A stretch of DNA of 64,000 nucleotides from Candidatus Kerfeldbacteria bacterium (GTDB lineage: Bacteria; Patescibacteriota; Patescibacteriia; UBA10025; JAHIVO01): positions 905,041 through 969,040 of the forward strand of contig CP181398.1 of NCBI GenBank assembly GCA_047946875.1, written 5' to 3'. Below, piece by piece: positions 38,959 through 51,204 of the stretch; position 1 is the first letter of the stretch, and each line of letters starts with the position of its first letter. A model generated the notes under the pieces. That model did not search any database. It saw only the letters and a program-made list of their open reading frames with translations, and was not told where the DNA came from. The position numbers were made by a program, and so were the translations under genes.

Positions 38959-41900
38959 TTATTTTTTATAACCTGTTCCTGCAGGAATCAGTTTACCAAT
39001 AATTACATTTTCTTTTAATCCTCTTAATCTATCGACTTTGCCAGTTACTGCTGCATCAATAAGGACTCTAGCTGTTTCTTGGAAAGAAGCAGCAGACAAG
39101 AAACTATCGATAGATAAAGATGCTTTAGTAATGCCCAATAGTAATTGTTCACCAACGGCCTCTTTTCCACCTTCTTTTCTAGTCTCATCATTTGTCTCTA
39201 AGAAATTGGTTTTTTCTACAATTTCACCTGATACCAAGTTTGTATCAGCTGGGTCTTTAATATATATTCTTGAGAAGATCTGTTTTACAATAATTTCAAT
39301 ATGTTTGTCATTTAATTTCTGACCTTGTGATGAATAAATATATTGAATCTCTTTAATCATATATCTCTGTACAGCTTCCTGACCTTTTAGGAAGAATAAT
39401 TGGTGTAAATCAATACTACCATCTGTTAACCGATCACCCTTTACTACTAAATCACCATTCTTCATTCTTAACATTTGACCGGATGGTACTATATATTCTT
39501 TTTCTTTATCAGCATCAACTATTATAAGAACAGCTTTCTCCTCAATTTTAATAACTCCATTATTTTTTGCAATCGTTTCTTTATTTCCTAAATTGAATAA
39601 AATATCACCTTCTTTGACTTTATCCCCGTCCTTAACCTTAACTTCTACTTTTTTGCTACGATATACATATTTTTCTTCTTCAACAGCTTTGTGTTTAATA
39701 ACAATTTTCTTTGCTCCTTTTGCTTCGTCAGTTATAACAATCTGACCAGTAACATCGGCCATAATAGCAGGATTTTTAATTGGACGAGCTTCAAAAATTT
39801 CTTCAACTCTAGGTAAACCTTGAGTAATATCAGATCCAGCCACACCACCAGTATGAAAAGTTCTCATAGTTAATTGAGTTCCTGGCTCACCTATACTTTG
39901 AGCAGCTATTATACCTACTGCTGTACCCATCTCAACAAGTTTGTTATAACCCAAATCATTACCATAACATAGTTTACAAACGCCCCATTTTGCACGACAT
40001 AAAATTACAGAGCGCACCTTAACCTCATCAAGTTTTAGCTTTTCTATCTTTGGTAATAATTCTTCAGTAATAATTTCATTTTTTTCAATAACAACTTTCT
40101 TAGTTTTTGGATTTATTATATCTTCAAATAATGCTCTACCTAGTAACCGTTTTTCAAAATCATCTCCCATTTCTTCACTCTCTGCTCTAGTGATTGCAAA
40201 ACCTTCTTTTGTTTTACAACTATGTTCTGTAATAATAATATCTTGACTAACATCCACTAAACGTCTAGTCAAATAACCAGCATTTGCTGTACGTAAAGCT
40301 GTATCAGAAAGACCTTTTCTAGCACCATGAGTAGAAATAAAATATTCTAAAACGTCAAAACCTTCTTTGAAACTTCCTTTAACAGGCAATTCAATAGTAT
40401 CGCCAGACGGATTTGTCACTAATCCCTTCATACCCATCATCTGAGTTGTTTGCCCCCATGAACCACGAGCACCAGACTCAATCATTGCATAAACCGGACC
40501 ATTTGGATCAAGCGCTTCTCTACTAATTTTCTGCATTTCATCTTTGATTGATGACCAAATTTCAATAACTTTTACATGACGCTCATCATCTGTTAATAAA
40601 CCTTGCTCATAATGAGATTGAATTTCTTCTACTTGATTTTCTGCTTCTTCCATTATTTTCTTTTTCTTCGTAGGGATTATAAGATCACTCATACCCCAAC
40701 TAATTCCAGAGTTTGTAAGATAATTAAAAGCAAGTTCTTTAATATTATCTAACAATAAAACTGTTTCCTCATTGCCATGTTTATTCAAACAATCAGCAAT
40801 TAATTGAACTAAAGCTTTTCTATCCATTACCTCATTAATATAACCCCAGTCCTTTGGTAAAATATCATTAAAGATAATTCTTCCCGCAGATGTTGTAATA
40901 ACTTCCTTATCTAATTTTACTTTAATTTGCTCTTGAATATGAATATGCTTAAGTTCATATGCCATCAATGCTTCTTCTCTAGAACTTAAAATTTTCAAAT
41001 TCACCCCTTCTTTTTTTTCTTTTAATTTAGATAGGTAATAACAGCCCAAAACTAAATCTTGTTGAGGTGCAACAACCGGAGAACCTGTTGAAGGTTTTAA
41101 TATATTTTTTACAGAAGCAATTATTTCAGCTGCTTCTTTTTTTGCATTTTCAGTCAATGGTACGTGTACGGCCATTTGATCACCATCAAAATCAGCATTA
41201 AAAGCAGGACATACCGATGGATGTATTTGAATAGCTAAACCTTCGATCAAAACGGGTTTGAAAGCTTGAATACCCAATCTATGTAAAGTTGGGGCACGAT
41301 TTAATAATACATGAGAATCTTTTGTAACTTCTTCCAAAATATCCCAAACTTCTGGACGACCAGACTCTATAAATCTACCAGCACTTCTTACATTATGTAC
41401 AAATTCTCTTTTTATTAATTGACTAATTATGAACGGTTTGAATAATTCTAAAGCCATTTTCTTAGGTAGACCACATTCTGACATTTTTAAATGTGGGCCA
41501 ACTACAATTACAGATCGTCCAGAATAATCAACACGTTTACCTAATAAGTTTTGTCTAAATCTACCTTGTTTACCTTTCAAAATATCAGCAATAGATTTTA
41601 ACATTCTTTTCTGACCAGTTGAAGCAGTTACAGTTTTACCATGTCGTGCATTATTATCTATCAAAGCATCGACAGCTTCTTGTAACATTCGTTTTTCATT
41701 TCGTCTAATAACCTCAGGAGCATTTAAATTCACAAGTCTTTTTAGACGATTATTTCTATTGATAACTCTTCTATATAGATCATTCAAGTCTGATGCAGCA
41801 AATCTTCCACCATCTAATTGTACCATTGGGCGAAGGTCTGGTGGAATTACTGGAATATGTGTCATTACCAACCACTCAGGTCGAAATTTATTCTTTTTGA

Positions 41901-42816
41901 AACTTCTATATAATCTAAGTCTTCGAATCAAACGTTTCTTCTTACTCTCTGGAGCATCAACGACTACCACTTCTAGCTCTTTGATGATTTTATCAAGATC
42001 AACCTCTAATAATAAATTTCTAATTGCTTCGGCGCCAATACTTGCTTCGAAAACATGACCATATTTCAATGATAAATCTCGATACATCTGCTCCGAAATT
42101 ATTTGCATTGGTTTCAATTGCTTCAGTTCTTTTTTTGCCAAATCTACTGCTTCAGCCAAATCAAGCATTTTTTCTTCTTTAATCTCTGCATTTGCCTTAA
42201 TCTCTTCATCAAATTCTTTATTAATTTTTTTCTTTTCGGAATCTTTTTGATCTTCATTAATCTTTTCTAATTTTCTTTGTTCTATACTAGTAGCTATCCT
42301 ACTAAATTCAGCTTCAATTGATTTTTTCTTTGCTTGGAATTCTATCTCAATTTGTCCTAGTGATTCATCTCTCAAATCACTATCAACATTTGTAATAATA
42401 AAATTCGCAAAATATATAACTTTTTCTAATTCTTGAACAGACAAATCTAACATTAAACCAATTTTTGATGGAACACCTCGTAAAAACCAAATATGAGATA
42501 CGGGGGTTGATAATTCTATATGTCCCATTCTCTCTCTTCTAACAATACTTCTAGTTACCTCAACTCCACATTTATCACAAATAATTCCTTTGTATCTTAT
42601 TTTTTTATACTTACCACAATAACATTCCCAATCTTTTGAGGGTCCAAAAATCTTTTCACAAAACAAACCATCTTTTTCAGGTTTCTGAGTACGATAATTA
42701 ATAGTTTCCGGTTTTAAAACTTCGCCAAAAGACCAATTCAAAATATCTTCTGGTGAAGCTACTTTCAATTTAATAGCATTGAAATTTAAATTTTGGGTTA
42801 CTATTTCGTCTCTCAT
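38959..42816 (-). CDS. rpoC: RNA polymerase beta' subunit
   Basis: NADFDGDQMAVH, zinc-binding CYCGKYK, QLTMRTFH. Confidence 0.99.
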   Translation of the reverse strand: MRDEIVTQNLNFNAIKLKVASPEDILNWSFGEVLKPETINYRTQKPEKDGLFCEKIFGPSKDWECYCGKYKKIRYKGIICDKCGVEVTRSIVRRERMGHIELSTPVSHIWFLRGVPSKIGLMLDLSVQELEKVIYFANFIITNVDSDLRDESLGQIEIEFQAKKKSIEAEFSRIATSIEQRKLEKINEDQKDSEKKKINKEFDEEIKANAEIKEEKMLDLAEAVDLAKKELKQLKPMQIISEQMYRDLSLKYGHVFEASIGAEAIRNLLLEVDLDKIIKELEVVVVDAPESKKKRLIRRLRLYRSFKKNKFRPEWLVMTHIPVIPPDLRPMVQLDGGRFAASDLNDLYRRVINRNNRLKRLVNLNAPEVIRRNEKRMLQEAVDALIDNNARHGKTVTASTGQKRMLKSIADILKGKQGRFRQNLLGKRVDYSGRSVIVVGPHLKMSECGLPKKMALELFKPFIISQLIKREFVHNVRSAGRFIESGRPEVWDILEEVTKDSHVLLNRAPTLHRLGIQAFKPVLIEGLAIQIHPSVCPAFNADFDGDQMAVHVPLTENAKKEAAEIIASVKNILKPSTGSPVVAPQQDLVLGCYYLSKLKEKKEGVNLKILSSREEALMAYELKHIHIQEQIKVKLDKEVITTSAGRIIFNDILPKDWGYINEVMDRKALVQLIADCLNKHGNEETVLLLDNIKELAFNYLTNSGISWGMSDLIIPTKKKKIMEEAENQVEEIQSHYEQGLLTDDERHVKVIEIWSSIKDEMQKISREALDPNGPVYAMIESGARGSWGQTTQMMGMKGLVTNPSGDTIELPVKGSFKEGFDVLEYFISTHGARKGLSDTALRTANAGYLTRRLVDVSQDIIITEHSCKTKEGFAITRAESEEMGDDFEKRLLGRALFEDIINPKTKKVVIEKNEIITEELLPKIEKLKLDEVKVRSVILCRAKWGVCKLCYGNDLGYNKLVEMGTAVGIIAAQSIGEPGTQLTMRTFHTGGVAGSDITQGLPRVEEIFEARPIKNPAIMADVTGQIVITDEAKGAKKIVIKHKAVEEEKYVYRSKKVEVKVKDGDKVKEGDILFNLGNKETIAKNNGVIKIEEKAVLIIVDADKEKEYIVPSGQMLRMKNGDLVVKGDRLTDGSIDLHQLFFLKGQEAVQRYMIKEIQYIYSSQGQKLNDKHIEIIVKQIFSRIYIKDPADTNLVSGEIVEKTNFLETNDETRKEGGKEAVGEQLLLGITKASLSIDSFLSAASFQETARVLIDAAVTGKVDRLRGLKENVIIGKLIPAGTGYKK

Positions 42817-42818
42817 AA

Positions 42819-45800
42819 TTATTTATCTTTCTCTGCGGCAGATTCTTTTGTTTTGCCGGATTTATCTTCTTCAATATTTTTTTCAGCTGGTTTAGTTGAT
42901 GCCTTTTTCTCTTCTGTAGATATTTCATCTTTCTTAACTTCATTTGGACTTATTTGATCACCGCCACCTAAAAGTTCAACATCTAAAGCCAAACCTTTCA
43001 ATTCTCTTACCAATACATTGAATGATTCTGGAATATTTAATTTACTTATTTTCTCACCTTTAATAATTGCTTCATAAGCTTTTGCTCTACCTGGAACATC
43101 ATCAGATTTAATTGTCAACATTTCTTGTAATGTATACGCAGCGCCATAACCTTCAAGTGCCCATACTTCCATTTCACCAAAACGCTGACCACCAAACTGA
43201 GCTTTACCACCAAGAGGTTGTTGAGTAACCAATGAGTAAGGACCAATGGATCGCATATGAATCTTATCCTCAACTAAGTGATTTAGTTTCAACATATATA
43301 CATAGCCAACTGTAGTTAGTTGATCAAAAGTATCTCCTGTTCGTCCATCATGTAGTTTTAATTTACCATCTCTAGGATAACCAGCTTTTTCTAATTCATC
43401 TTTAATAGATTCTTCAGGTGTACCATTTAATGGAGTAGTAGCAACTTTATAACCAAGTGATTTTGCGGCCAATCCGAGATGAGTTTCTAATATCTGTCCA
43501 ATATTCATACGAGAGGCTACACCTAACGGATTCAATATAATATCTATTGGTGTACCATCTGCTAAATATGGCATATCTTCTACTGGTACTATTCTTGAAA
43601 TAACACCTTTATTACCATGTCGTCCAGCCATTTTATCTCCAACTTGAATTTTTCTTAATTGTGCTACAGATATTTGAATAGATTTACTTACTCCAGAAGC
43701 TAACTTATCACCTTTTTCTCTAGAGAAAATTTTAATATTTACAACTTTACCATGCTCTCCATGTTCTAAATATAAAGAGCTATCTTTTACATCTTTAGCC
43801 TTTTCACCAAAAATTGCTCTAAGTAATTTTTCTTCTGCTGATAATTCTGTTTCACCTTTTGGAGTAATTTTACCTACCAAAATATCACCTGAATAAACTT
43901 CTGCACCAATTCTAATAACTCCCTCTTCATCTAAATCTTTTAATTTTTCTTCACCAATATTTGGAATATCTCGAGTAACAACTTCAGGACCCAGCTTTGT
44001 ATCACGCACATCAACTGTATAATTTTCTATATGAATAGAAGTATAACGGTCATCTTCTACTAACCTTTCTGAAAGTAAAATAGCATCCTCATAATTACCA
44101 CCTTCCCAACCCATAAATGCTACTAAAATATTTTGACCCAAGGCTAGTTCACCACCTTCTGTAGCTGGTCCATCTGCCAACACATCTCCTTTTTTTAGTG
44201 ATTGCCCAGCTACTACAACTGCATGTTGATTTATACAGGTAGAAGCGTTAGATCTAATAAATTTCTTTAATAAAAATTTTTCAATTTGTCCATTTTTATC
44301 AATAGTTTCAATTTCTTTACCATCAACGCTAGTGACTTTACAATCTTCTTTTACAACAATCACCTGTCCAGAATCACAAGCTGCCTTTTTTTCAATACCA
44401 GTACCAATTAAAGGTGCATCGGGACTAATGCATGGAACTGCCTGTCTTTGCATATTCGTACCCATCAAAGCTCGAACAGCATCATCGTGCTCTAAAAATG
44501 GAATCAAAGCAGTAGTAATACTAATAATTTGAAATGGAGCTACATCCATGAAATCAACCCTCTTGATCAACTCCTGGGTTGGCTCACCATGAAGACGAAC
44601 CTCTGCTTTGTCATTAACAAAATAACCATTCTCATCAATCGGTGTAGTAGCAGCCGTAGTAACATATTGCTCTTCAATAAAAGCATCAAGATAAACTATT
44701 TCACTAGTTACTCTAGATTTTATTGGAATGATATTTAATTTAGTTTCTGCTAATTTCTTAGCGATATCGTTAGTAATTTCTGTATTGGCTTTCAATAGTA
44801 CCTGACCATTATCATCTTTGATATCTTCTCTTAAAATCTCACCTTCAGTTACATTGGCTTTATTTCCAATATCATGAATAACTTTTCTATATGGAGTTTC
44901 AATAAAACCAAATTCGTTGATTCTAGAAAAAGATGCAAGATGTCCAACTAAACCAATATTTGGACCCTCAGGAGTAGCAATAGGACAAATACGACCATAG
45001 TGAGTCCTATGTACATCACGAACATCAAAACCGGCACGCTCTCTTGATAAACCACCTGGACCCATAGCTGACAATCTTCTTTTATGTTCCAACTCAGCTA
45101 ATGGATTTGTCTGATCCATAAATTGAGATAGTTGAGAAGACATAAAAAATTCTTTGATAGAACCAATAATAGGTCGAGCATTAACTAACTGATTCGGGGT
45201 TAGGGTATTTACGTCTAAAGTACTCATTCTATCTTTAATAATACGTTCCATTCTAGCTAAACCAACTCTGAATTTATTTTGAACTAGCTCACCAATTGCT
45301 CTAACGCGACGATTACCCAAATGATCAATATCGTCAGGTTCTTTTTGAGTATTATTTAATTTAATAATTTCTTTGATAATTTCAACAAGATCCTCTTTTT
45401 GTAATACGCGATGTTCTTTGTCATTAGGGAAATCAAAGGCAAATCTCTGATTTAATTTATATCTACCAACTCTACCAAAGTCATAACGATCAAAACTAAA
45501 AAACATTTTATAAATTAAATCCCTAGCATTATCGATAGTAGCTAAATCACCCGGTCTGATACGTTTATATACTTCACGCAATCCTTCACCTTCGTTTCTT
45601 GCCAAATCTTTTGCCAAAGTAGAATCTAAAAATTGTGCTTCTGGATTATTATCAACCTCAGCAAAAATAGCTTTTATCTCTTCTTCATTACCAAAACCAA
45701 AAGCCCGTAATAATGAAGTTATTGCTACTTTTCTTTTTCTATCAATTTTTACGGTGATTACATTATTAGCATCAGTTTCTAATTCTAACCAAGCTCCTCT

Positions 45801-46280
45801 ATTAGGAATAATCTTGGCACCATAATACCTATTACCTTTCAATATTTCAGATGTAAAAAAAACACCAGCTGACCTTATTAGCTGGCTAACTACGACACGT
45901 TCAATACCATTAATAATAAAAGTCCCTCGATCTGTCATCAAAGGAAAATCACCTAAATATATTTCTTGTTCTTTAATCTCACCAGTCTTCTTATTGACTA
46001 ACTTTGTATCTACTCTTAAAGCTGCTTCAAAAGTTACATTCTTTTCTCTAGCTGACCATTCGTCAAATCTTGGTTCATCTAAATAGTAATTTAAAAAATA
46101 TAATTCCAAATCACGACCAATAAAATCTTTAATTGGTGATACTTCATCAAATAATTCTTTAAGACCTTCTTTTAATAACCACTGATATGATGATTTTTGT
46201 ACTTCAATCAAATCAGGTAGCTCAATAGCTGCCTTAATATCGGTAAATCTTTTTCTTTCAGTCATTGACGCGGATGACAT
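42819..46280 (-). CDS. rpoB: RNA polymerase beta subunit
   Basis: [36 protein letters not shown]. Confidence 0.99.
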   Translation of the reverse strand: MSSASMTERKRFTDIKAAIELPDLIEVQKSSYQWLLKEGLKELFDEVSPIKDFIGRDLELYFLNYYLDEPRFDEWSAREKNVTFEAALRVDTKLVNKKTGEIKEQEIYLGDFPLMTDRGTFIINGIERVVVSQLIRSAGVFFTSEILKGNRYYGAKIIPNRGAWLELETDANNVITVKIDRKRKVAITSLLRAFGFGNEEEIKAIFAEVDNNPEAQFLDSTLAKDLARNEGEGLREVYKRIRPGDLATIDNARDLIYKMFFSFDRYDFGRVGRYKLNQRFAFDFPNDKEHRVLQKEDLVEIIKEIIKLNNTQKEPDDIDHLGNRRVRAIGELVQNKFRVGLARMERIIKDRMSTLDVNTLTPNQLVNARPIIGSIKEFFMSSQLSQFMDQTNPLAELEHKRRLSAMGPGGLSRERAGFDVRDVHRTHYGRICPIATPEGPNIGLVGHLASFSRINEFGFIETPYRKVIHDIGNKANVTEGEILREDIKDDNGQVLLKANTEITNDIAKKLAETKLNIIPIKSRVTSEIVYLDAFIEEQYVTTAATTPIDENGYFVNDKAEVRLHGEPTQELIKRVDFMDVAPFQIISITTALIPFLEHDDAVRALMGTNMQRQAVPCISPDAPLIGTGIEKKAACDSGQVIVVKEDCKVTSVDGKEIETIDKNGQIEKFLLKKFIRSNASTCINQHAVVVAGQSLKKGDVLADGPATEGGELALGQNILVAFMGWEGGNYEDAILLSERLVEDDRYTSIHIENYTVDVRDTKLGPEVVTRDIPNIGEEKLKDLDEEGVIRIGAEVYSGDILVGKITPKGETELSAEEKLLRAIFGEKAKDVKDSSLYLEHGEHGKVVNIKIFSREKGDKLASGVSKSIQISVAQLRKIQVGDKMAGRHGNKGVISRIVPVEDMPYLADGTPIDIILNPLGVASRMNIGQILETHLGLAAKSLGYKVATTPLNGTPEESIKDELEKAGYPRDGKLKLHDGRTGDTFDQLTTVGYVYMLKLNHLVEDKIHMRSIGPYSLVTQQPLGGKAQFGGQRFGEMEVWALEGYGAAYTLQEMLTIKSDDVPGRAKAYEAIIKGEKISKLNIPESFNVLVRELKGLALDVELLGGGDQISPNEVKKDEISTEEKKASTKPAEKNIEEDKSGKTKESAAEKDK

Positions 46281-46435
46281 AAATGATATTGAAATTAAGT
46301 TAAAATAAGCTCCCTCCTAGCTATATAGCTAGAAAAGAGTCGTTTCTTTTAATAGATATTTAATATATTGTATTGTATTCAAACGTCATTATAATGTTTG
46401 GACGCTTCCTAATAAGGAAATTAATAGTAATCAGC

Positions 46436-46464
46436 AGTGTAACAATATATTCATACGTTGTCAA
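46436..46464 (-). promoter_or_regulatory. Sigma70 promoter of rpoBC
   Basis: TTGACA-17 nt-TACACT on the minus strand. Confidence 0.7.
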
Positions 46465-46532
46465 GTAATGTAACTAAAAGATACTAATAAGCAAATTATG
46501 TGCTAATATTAGCTATTTATTTAATTATTGAT

Positions 46533-46579
46533 TGTGGATAGTATATATTTATAAAAAACATAACCACAACTTATCCACA
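46533..46579. promoter_or_regulatory. DnaA-box cluster
   Basis: TTATCCACA perfect at 46571-46579; CTATCCACA (minus) at 46533-46541; degenerate ATAACCACA at 46560-46568. Confidence 0.5.
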
Positions 46580-46586
46580 ATTATAC

Positions 46587-47888
46587 CTAGATATTATCCC
46601 TAACAACCTTTCTGTCATCCCATGGAATCATTTTACCCTCCGCCACCGCCATTATTGTCTCTGAGCCCTTGCCGGTAATAATAATTATATCATTTTCTTT
46701 AGCTATAGAAATTGCCTTTTTTATTGCTTCAACCCTATTTACGATCTTTTCTATAGGTGGGCCATTTTCTACCTGTTTAGCGCCTTCAATAACGTCATCA
46801 ATTATAATTTCTGGATCTTCATCATACGGATCTTCATTTGTAACAATCACATAATCAGTATACTCTGCGGCTAATTTACCTAATTGTGGTCTTTTGATCT
46901 TATCACGACCACCGCCCTGTGACCCTAATATACTTATAATCTTATTTGGGTTAAAACTTTTCAATGTTTTATATACTGACTCCAGAGATGATGGTTCATG
47001 TGCATAATCAATAAAAACTTTGAATCCTCTAGTATTTTTTATTTCTTCCATACGCCCAGGTATTAAATCAACTGATTCTAACGCATTTTTTATCTTATTC
47101 ATTTCTATTCCATAAAATTTAGCCACCGCTATTGCTGCTAATGAATTATAAACATTGAACTCCCCCAATAATTTTAATTTAATCATTTCATTTAATATTC
47201 TAAATGTAACTCCATTTACATCTGAATTTAAAATACTAGCTTCATATGAATCATTACTCATTAAATGATTATTTGCATCTAATCCATATGTTATTTTCAT
47301 ATCAGCTGGAGGTACTAAGAAAAACTCTGCAGACTTATCATCATGATTAATTACACTTATTTTTTTTACATTATTCCCATCAATATTTTTTTTATAACTA
47401 TTAAAAAGGTTTTGAAATAATTTTAATTTAGCTTCTCGGTATTTTTCAAAACTTCCATGCGACTCTATATGTTCTGGGGTAAGATTGGTAAATACTGCTG
47501 CATCATAATCAATACCTAAATGGCGGTATTGTGATATTCCTTCAGATGAAGTTTCTACAATAGCATACTTACATCCGGCCTTCACCATATCAGACAATAA
47601 CTTCTGAAGACGAAAGCGACCAGGCATTGTTTGTTTAGTTTCATTCGCCCACTCCTTATCTGCGATCTTAAAATTAACTGTAGAAATAATCCCCGTTTTA
47701 TATCCCGCAGTTTCAAAAATTTTTGATATTAGATTTACAACTGTGGATTTACCTTTGGTCCCCGTTACTCCAATTACGATCATTTTTCTAGATGGATGAC
47801 CATAAACAAATGCCCCTACTCGAGCAAAGCTCCAATGGTATATTTGTAAAACAAATTTGGGAATTATTTTTTTAAAAAATTTTTTCAT
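46587..47888 (-). CDS. murE: UDP-N-acetylmuramoyl-dipeptide ligase MurE
   Basis: GVTGTKGKST, ETSSEG, FTNLTPEHIE, DYAHEP, GGGRD, TNEDPYDE. Confidence 0.9.
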   Translation of the reverse strand: MKKFFKKIIPKFVLQIYHWSFARVGAFVYGHPSRKMIVIGVTGTKGKSTVVNLISKIFETAGYKTGIISTVNFKIADKEWANETKQTMPGRFRLQKLLSDMVKAGCKYAIVETSSEGISQYRHLGIDYDAAVFTNLTPEHIESHGSFEKYREAKLKLFQNLFNSYKKNIDGNNVKKISVINHDDKSAEFFLVPPADMKITYGLDANNHLMSNDSYEASILNSDVNGVTFRILNEMIKLKLLGEFNVYNSLAAIAVAKFYGIEMNKIKNALESVDLIPGRMEEIKNTRGFKVFIDYAHEPSSLESVYKTLKSFNPNKIISILGSQGGGRDKIKRPQLGKLAAEYTDYVIVTNEDPYDEDPEIIIDDVIEGAKQVENGPPIEKIVNRVEAIKKAISIAKENDIIIITGKGSETIMAVAEGKMIPWDDRKVVRDNI

Positions 47889-47894
47889 ATCATT

Positions 47895-48977
47895 CTATCT
47901 TGCGTTGCTTACAGTATCTGAGTCTTCTAAATTTTTATTTGCCTCATATGTCGGCACTACATTTATTATCAAATTTATTGAAGAATTAAGCTCATCTATC
48001 AAAATATCTGACAATCTATCAACGTGCCTGGATGTTATTTCATATGGAGAATTTATAGTAGTTTGAATACTAATAATATCACCATGATGATCAATAACTA
48101 AGGAAGTTACTTTAGTACTTACGGTATACTCTTCAATAACTTTTTTTATCGTTGCAGTTTCTTTATTTTCTTTTATAACCCCTTTCATAACAAGAGTTAA
48201 AGGTATTGCAATAATAATTAAGAAAATTACAAACCAACTAATATTACTTACTGCTCTATTTTTAGTTTTTTCCCATTGTGGAAATTCTACTCCCACTAAT
48301 AAAAATAAAATTACTGCCGCTAAAGTAATTGCTATAAGATTAGTAAAATATAATAATGCTGCACCAGTAGCTAAAGTATAACTACCTTCTGCAAATAAAA
48401 TACCCATCACAGACAATGGTGGTACCAAGGCTACTGCTGCTACTACCCCAGCTAATGCACCAGATAATTTTGGATGAGCTACAGCGAAAGTACCGATAAA
48501 ACCAGCAGCTAAAGCAATAAACAACTCAAATAATGTTGGTTCAGTACGTAAAAGAACCTCCCTGCTTTCACCTAAAAATGGAGAAAAAATACTTATTACA
48601 AATGATACAATAAATATAATTAATGTAACTTTAAGTATGGTAAATAACTGTTTCTTTAATTGAGAAACACTCCCCTTAATAATAGCTATAGCTAAAGCAA
48701 GAATCGGCCACAACAATGGAGAAATAATCATACCTCCAATTACTACTGCTGGGTTATCTATAATCAATCCCAAAGCAACAATAATAGTTGAGAATACTGT
48801 CATCAAGACAAACCCCAAATCCGGCTTAGCTCTTTCCTTAATATCTTGAATTACCTTTTTCTTTCTATCTTCATCAATTTGTAAAAAACGCGCTGCTTTT
48901 TTTACAGGTTTTTTTAAAGTTTTTTCTAACTTATCTTCTATCTTTTCAATTTTATTTTCTTTTGTTTGTTTCGGCAT
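47895..48977 (-). CDS. DUF389 / TIGR00341-family membrane protein
   Basis: DNPAVVIGGMIISPL, RTEPTL.EL.IALAAG, ALVPPL. Confidence 0.88.
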   Translation of the reverse strand: MPKQTKENKIEKIEDKLEKTLKKPVKKAARFLQIDEDRKKKVIQDIKERAKPDLGFVLMTVFSTIIVALGLIIDNPAVVIGGMIISPLLWPILALAIAIIKGSVSQLKKQLFTILKVTLIIFIVSFVISIFSPFLGESREVLLRTEPTLFELFIALAAGFIGTFAVAHPKLSGALAGVVAAVALVPPLSVMGILFAEGSYTLATGAALLYFTNLIAITLAAVILFLLVGVEFPQWEKTKNRAVSNISWFVIFLIIIAIPLTLVMKGVIKENKETATIKKVIEEYTVSTKVTSLVIDHHGDIISIQTTINSPYEITSRHVDRLSDILIDELNSSINLIINVVPTYEANKNLEDSDTVSNAR

Positions 48978-49266
48978 ATAACCAATCTTGATAAGGTTTG
49001 AATGCTCTATTAACTGGCAACTCTAATATACATGGTACCTTGAATGAATGATATTTTTTTACTTCTGCTTCAATTTTTTTATAATTACTTTTCTTGGTGG
49101 CAATAAAAGTTACTACTCCTTTTGTTTCTACAATTTTCCCCTGCCACCAATATATATCTTCTTGATTAACAAAGCTAACGCAACCAGCTAAATGTTTATT
49201 TATTAAAATCTTTGAAATCTTCTTAGCTTCACGTTTGCTAGGATAATGAATATATACGTGAATCAT
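48952..49266 (-). CDS. cutA: Divalent-cation tolerance protein CutA
   Basis: LAGCV, IYWWQGKI, HSFKVPCI, YQDWL. Confidence 0.9.
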   Translation of the reverse strand: MIHVYIHYPSKREAKKISKILINKHLAGCVSFVNQEDIYWWQGKIVETKGVVTFIATKKSNYKKIEAEVKKYHSFKVPCILELPVNRAFKPYQDWLYAETNKRK

Positions 49267-49297
49267 AAATTAAATAATTAAGTTTAACAAACGTTTC

Positions 49298-49445
49298 TGT
49301 CGTTTCGAGTATAATGAGAAACCCTAATAAGGTTGGTAGTAATTACAATCTTTATAAAGATTTCTCCCTAAGGTCGAAATGACAAACATATTTGGATTAC
49401 AGACTTTAAGCTGTCATATTATAAGCACCCTGAAGGGTGAATTCC
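49298..49445. repeat. Cluster of REP-like palindromic elements
   Basis: TGTCGTTTCGA...TCGAAATGACA inverted ends; 49392-49445 is an inverted relative of 57390-57445. Confidence 0.7.
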
Positions 49446-49517
49446 TGTGTATTTTACTAACAATTCTACATTTCCTAATTATACCCAGTAGGCAGGGGTA
49501 AATTTCAGATTATATCA

Positions 49518-49928
49518 CTACTCTGCTCTAATTAATTCTCCACTCAAATCAAGCTCTACAAAATGTTTAGCGGTACCATCTAGAAAAGCGGAACATTGAT
49601 TAGCAGGTTGATCATCAATTGCTTGACGAGGGTTATGTGCAATGTCAGCCACCCAACCAGGAATAACTGCATTGGATAAACAGGGCCCACTGGAAAAATC
49701 ATCCCCATTGTAAAAAGCTATTCTATATAATTCTTTAGCCTTAATAATTGCTAAATCATGATCAGTATTATCTTTGATCTTTAATGCCGCCGTACCAGTC
49801 ACGATCTCAACCGCTGTAAAAGTATTATTATTAGCTTCATCTTCTGCATTTGTACAACCACTAACAATAATAGTTAGTAAAACCAATAGTGAAACGACTG
49901 ATATTTTCTTTATTGTTATAGTTTTCAT
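49518..49928 (-). CDS. Hypothetical lipoprotein
   Basis: Lipobox VSGC; GPCL..WVADIAHNPR..NQC..HFVELD. Confidence 0.8.
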   Translation of the reverse strand: MKTITIKKISVVSLLVLLTIIVSGCTNAEDEANNNTFTAVEIVTGTAALKIKDNTDHDLAIIKAKELYRIAFYNGDDFSSGPCLSNAVIPGWVADIAHNPRQAIDDQPANQCSAFLDGTAKHFVELDLSGELIRAE

Positions 49929-50013
49929 AACAACTTAATTATAGTATTTTAATAACTAAAAAACAACTAATAATAAAAACCCTTTGAATATCTCAAAGGG
50001 CTTATAATTATTG

Positions 50014-50433
50014 TCATGCTTGACCTGGTATTATAACCAAATCCTCAATTAAATCTTCGAGATCCGTCAATTGCAATATCTTTCCTACGAGAATTTCAAA
50101 TAGAGGATAACGATTTACTTTTATTAGAGTTATTGCACTAAGTAATTCTTCTGCGGTGATATACCCAATAGCAGTAAAAAATAAATCCGATACCATGTCA
50201 TCACTAACATTTTTCAAAATAATAACTGAAAGTAGTAGCTTATTGGGCGAAACATACACCGAAGCCAACTCTACCAAACTATCAGCAATACCTTTGTTTT
50301 TCTTTACCTTTACTTGCTTAACAAATAAGCTAAGTATCTTTTTGTCACTATCCTCTTGCCTACTAGGATCAAACAGCTTCGTAGCCTTGAAATTAAAGGA
50401 ATCTAAAATTCTATCCTCATAATTTTGGCTAGG
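50014..50433 (-). CDS. Hypothetical protein
   Basis: GGAGG SD before MPSQNY; own terminator near 49977-50001. Confidence 0.6.
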   Translation of the reverse strand, partial: PSQNYEDRILDSFNFKATKLFDPSRQEDSDKKILSLFVKQVKVKKNKGIADSLVELASVYVSPNKLLLSVIILKNVSDDMVSDLFFTAIGYITAEELLSAITLIKVNRYPLFEILVGKILQLTDLEDLIEDLVIIPGQA

Positions 50434-50494
50434 CATTCTTACCTCCAATATTTAAAAGGGCTTATTTACTTATACTTATATTATAACTTATATC

Positions 50495-51193
50495 TTAAAA
50501 CTTTAATAACCCATCAACAAAACCAATCTGATACATTATCATTAATCCTAATACGATACTGATAAACCCAGCTGAAAATTTAATAATAGAGTTTATTTTT
50601 TTAATTTTCATGCTAAGTATAAAAGGTAAACCAATTAAACTACTGATTATCATCATACCTAGAACAGAACCCGCACCAAAAATTAATACATAAATAATCC
50701 CTTCCGTAACAGACGGTAGTGTGGCTAAAACTAACAACATCAGAGCAGCACTACCGGCTAAGCCATGCACCATGCCCATCAAAAGAGAAGTATGCAGATG
50801 GCTATGTGCTTTTGATTTTTGATGAGAGTGAAAATGAGTATGAACCTCCCCACCGTGTTTATGAGTATGAACATGAATTTTATGTTGATATATTTTCCAT
50901 AAAACATTAACTCCCAATAAAATCAAAACAATACCAACTATAAACTCCATAGACATGGCCAATCTATTAGGAATATTTAATTTAAAGATAAGTACTAATA
51001 AAGCGACCATCATCAAAGTGGCAGTATGACCAATACCCCAGACCATCCCCATTAAAGAAGATTTTTTGAAGCTTTTGGTTTCACTAACAATAGTAGTAAC
51101 TGCCACGACATGATCAGCATCCAAAGCATGCTCTAAACCAAGAATAAATCCTAAACCCAAGACTGGTAATAATCTAACTATTTCAATATCCAT
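50495..51193 (-). CDS. UreH-like / nickel-cobalt transporter-family membrane protein
   Basis: GLEHALDADH, WGIGHT, His-rich loop, GMVHGLAGSA. Confidence 0.88.
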   Translation of the reverse strand: MDIEIVRLLPVLGLGFILGLEHALDADHVVAVTTIVSETKSFKKSSLMGMVWGIGHTATLMMVALLVLIFKLNIPNRLAMSMEFIVGIVLILLGVNVLWKIYQHKIHVHTHKHGGEVHTHFHSHQKSKAHSHLHTSLLMGMVHGLAGSAALMLLVLATLPSVTEGIIYVLIFGAGSVLGMMIISSLIGLPFILSMKIKKINSIIKFSAGFISIVLGLMIMYQIGFVDGLLKF

Positions 51194-51204
51194 TTTATTC
51201 TAAA

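Noticed and set aside
46533-46579. Replication origin
   Set aside because: Few DnaA boxes, no dnaA/dnaN nearby and no switch in gene orientation.
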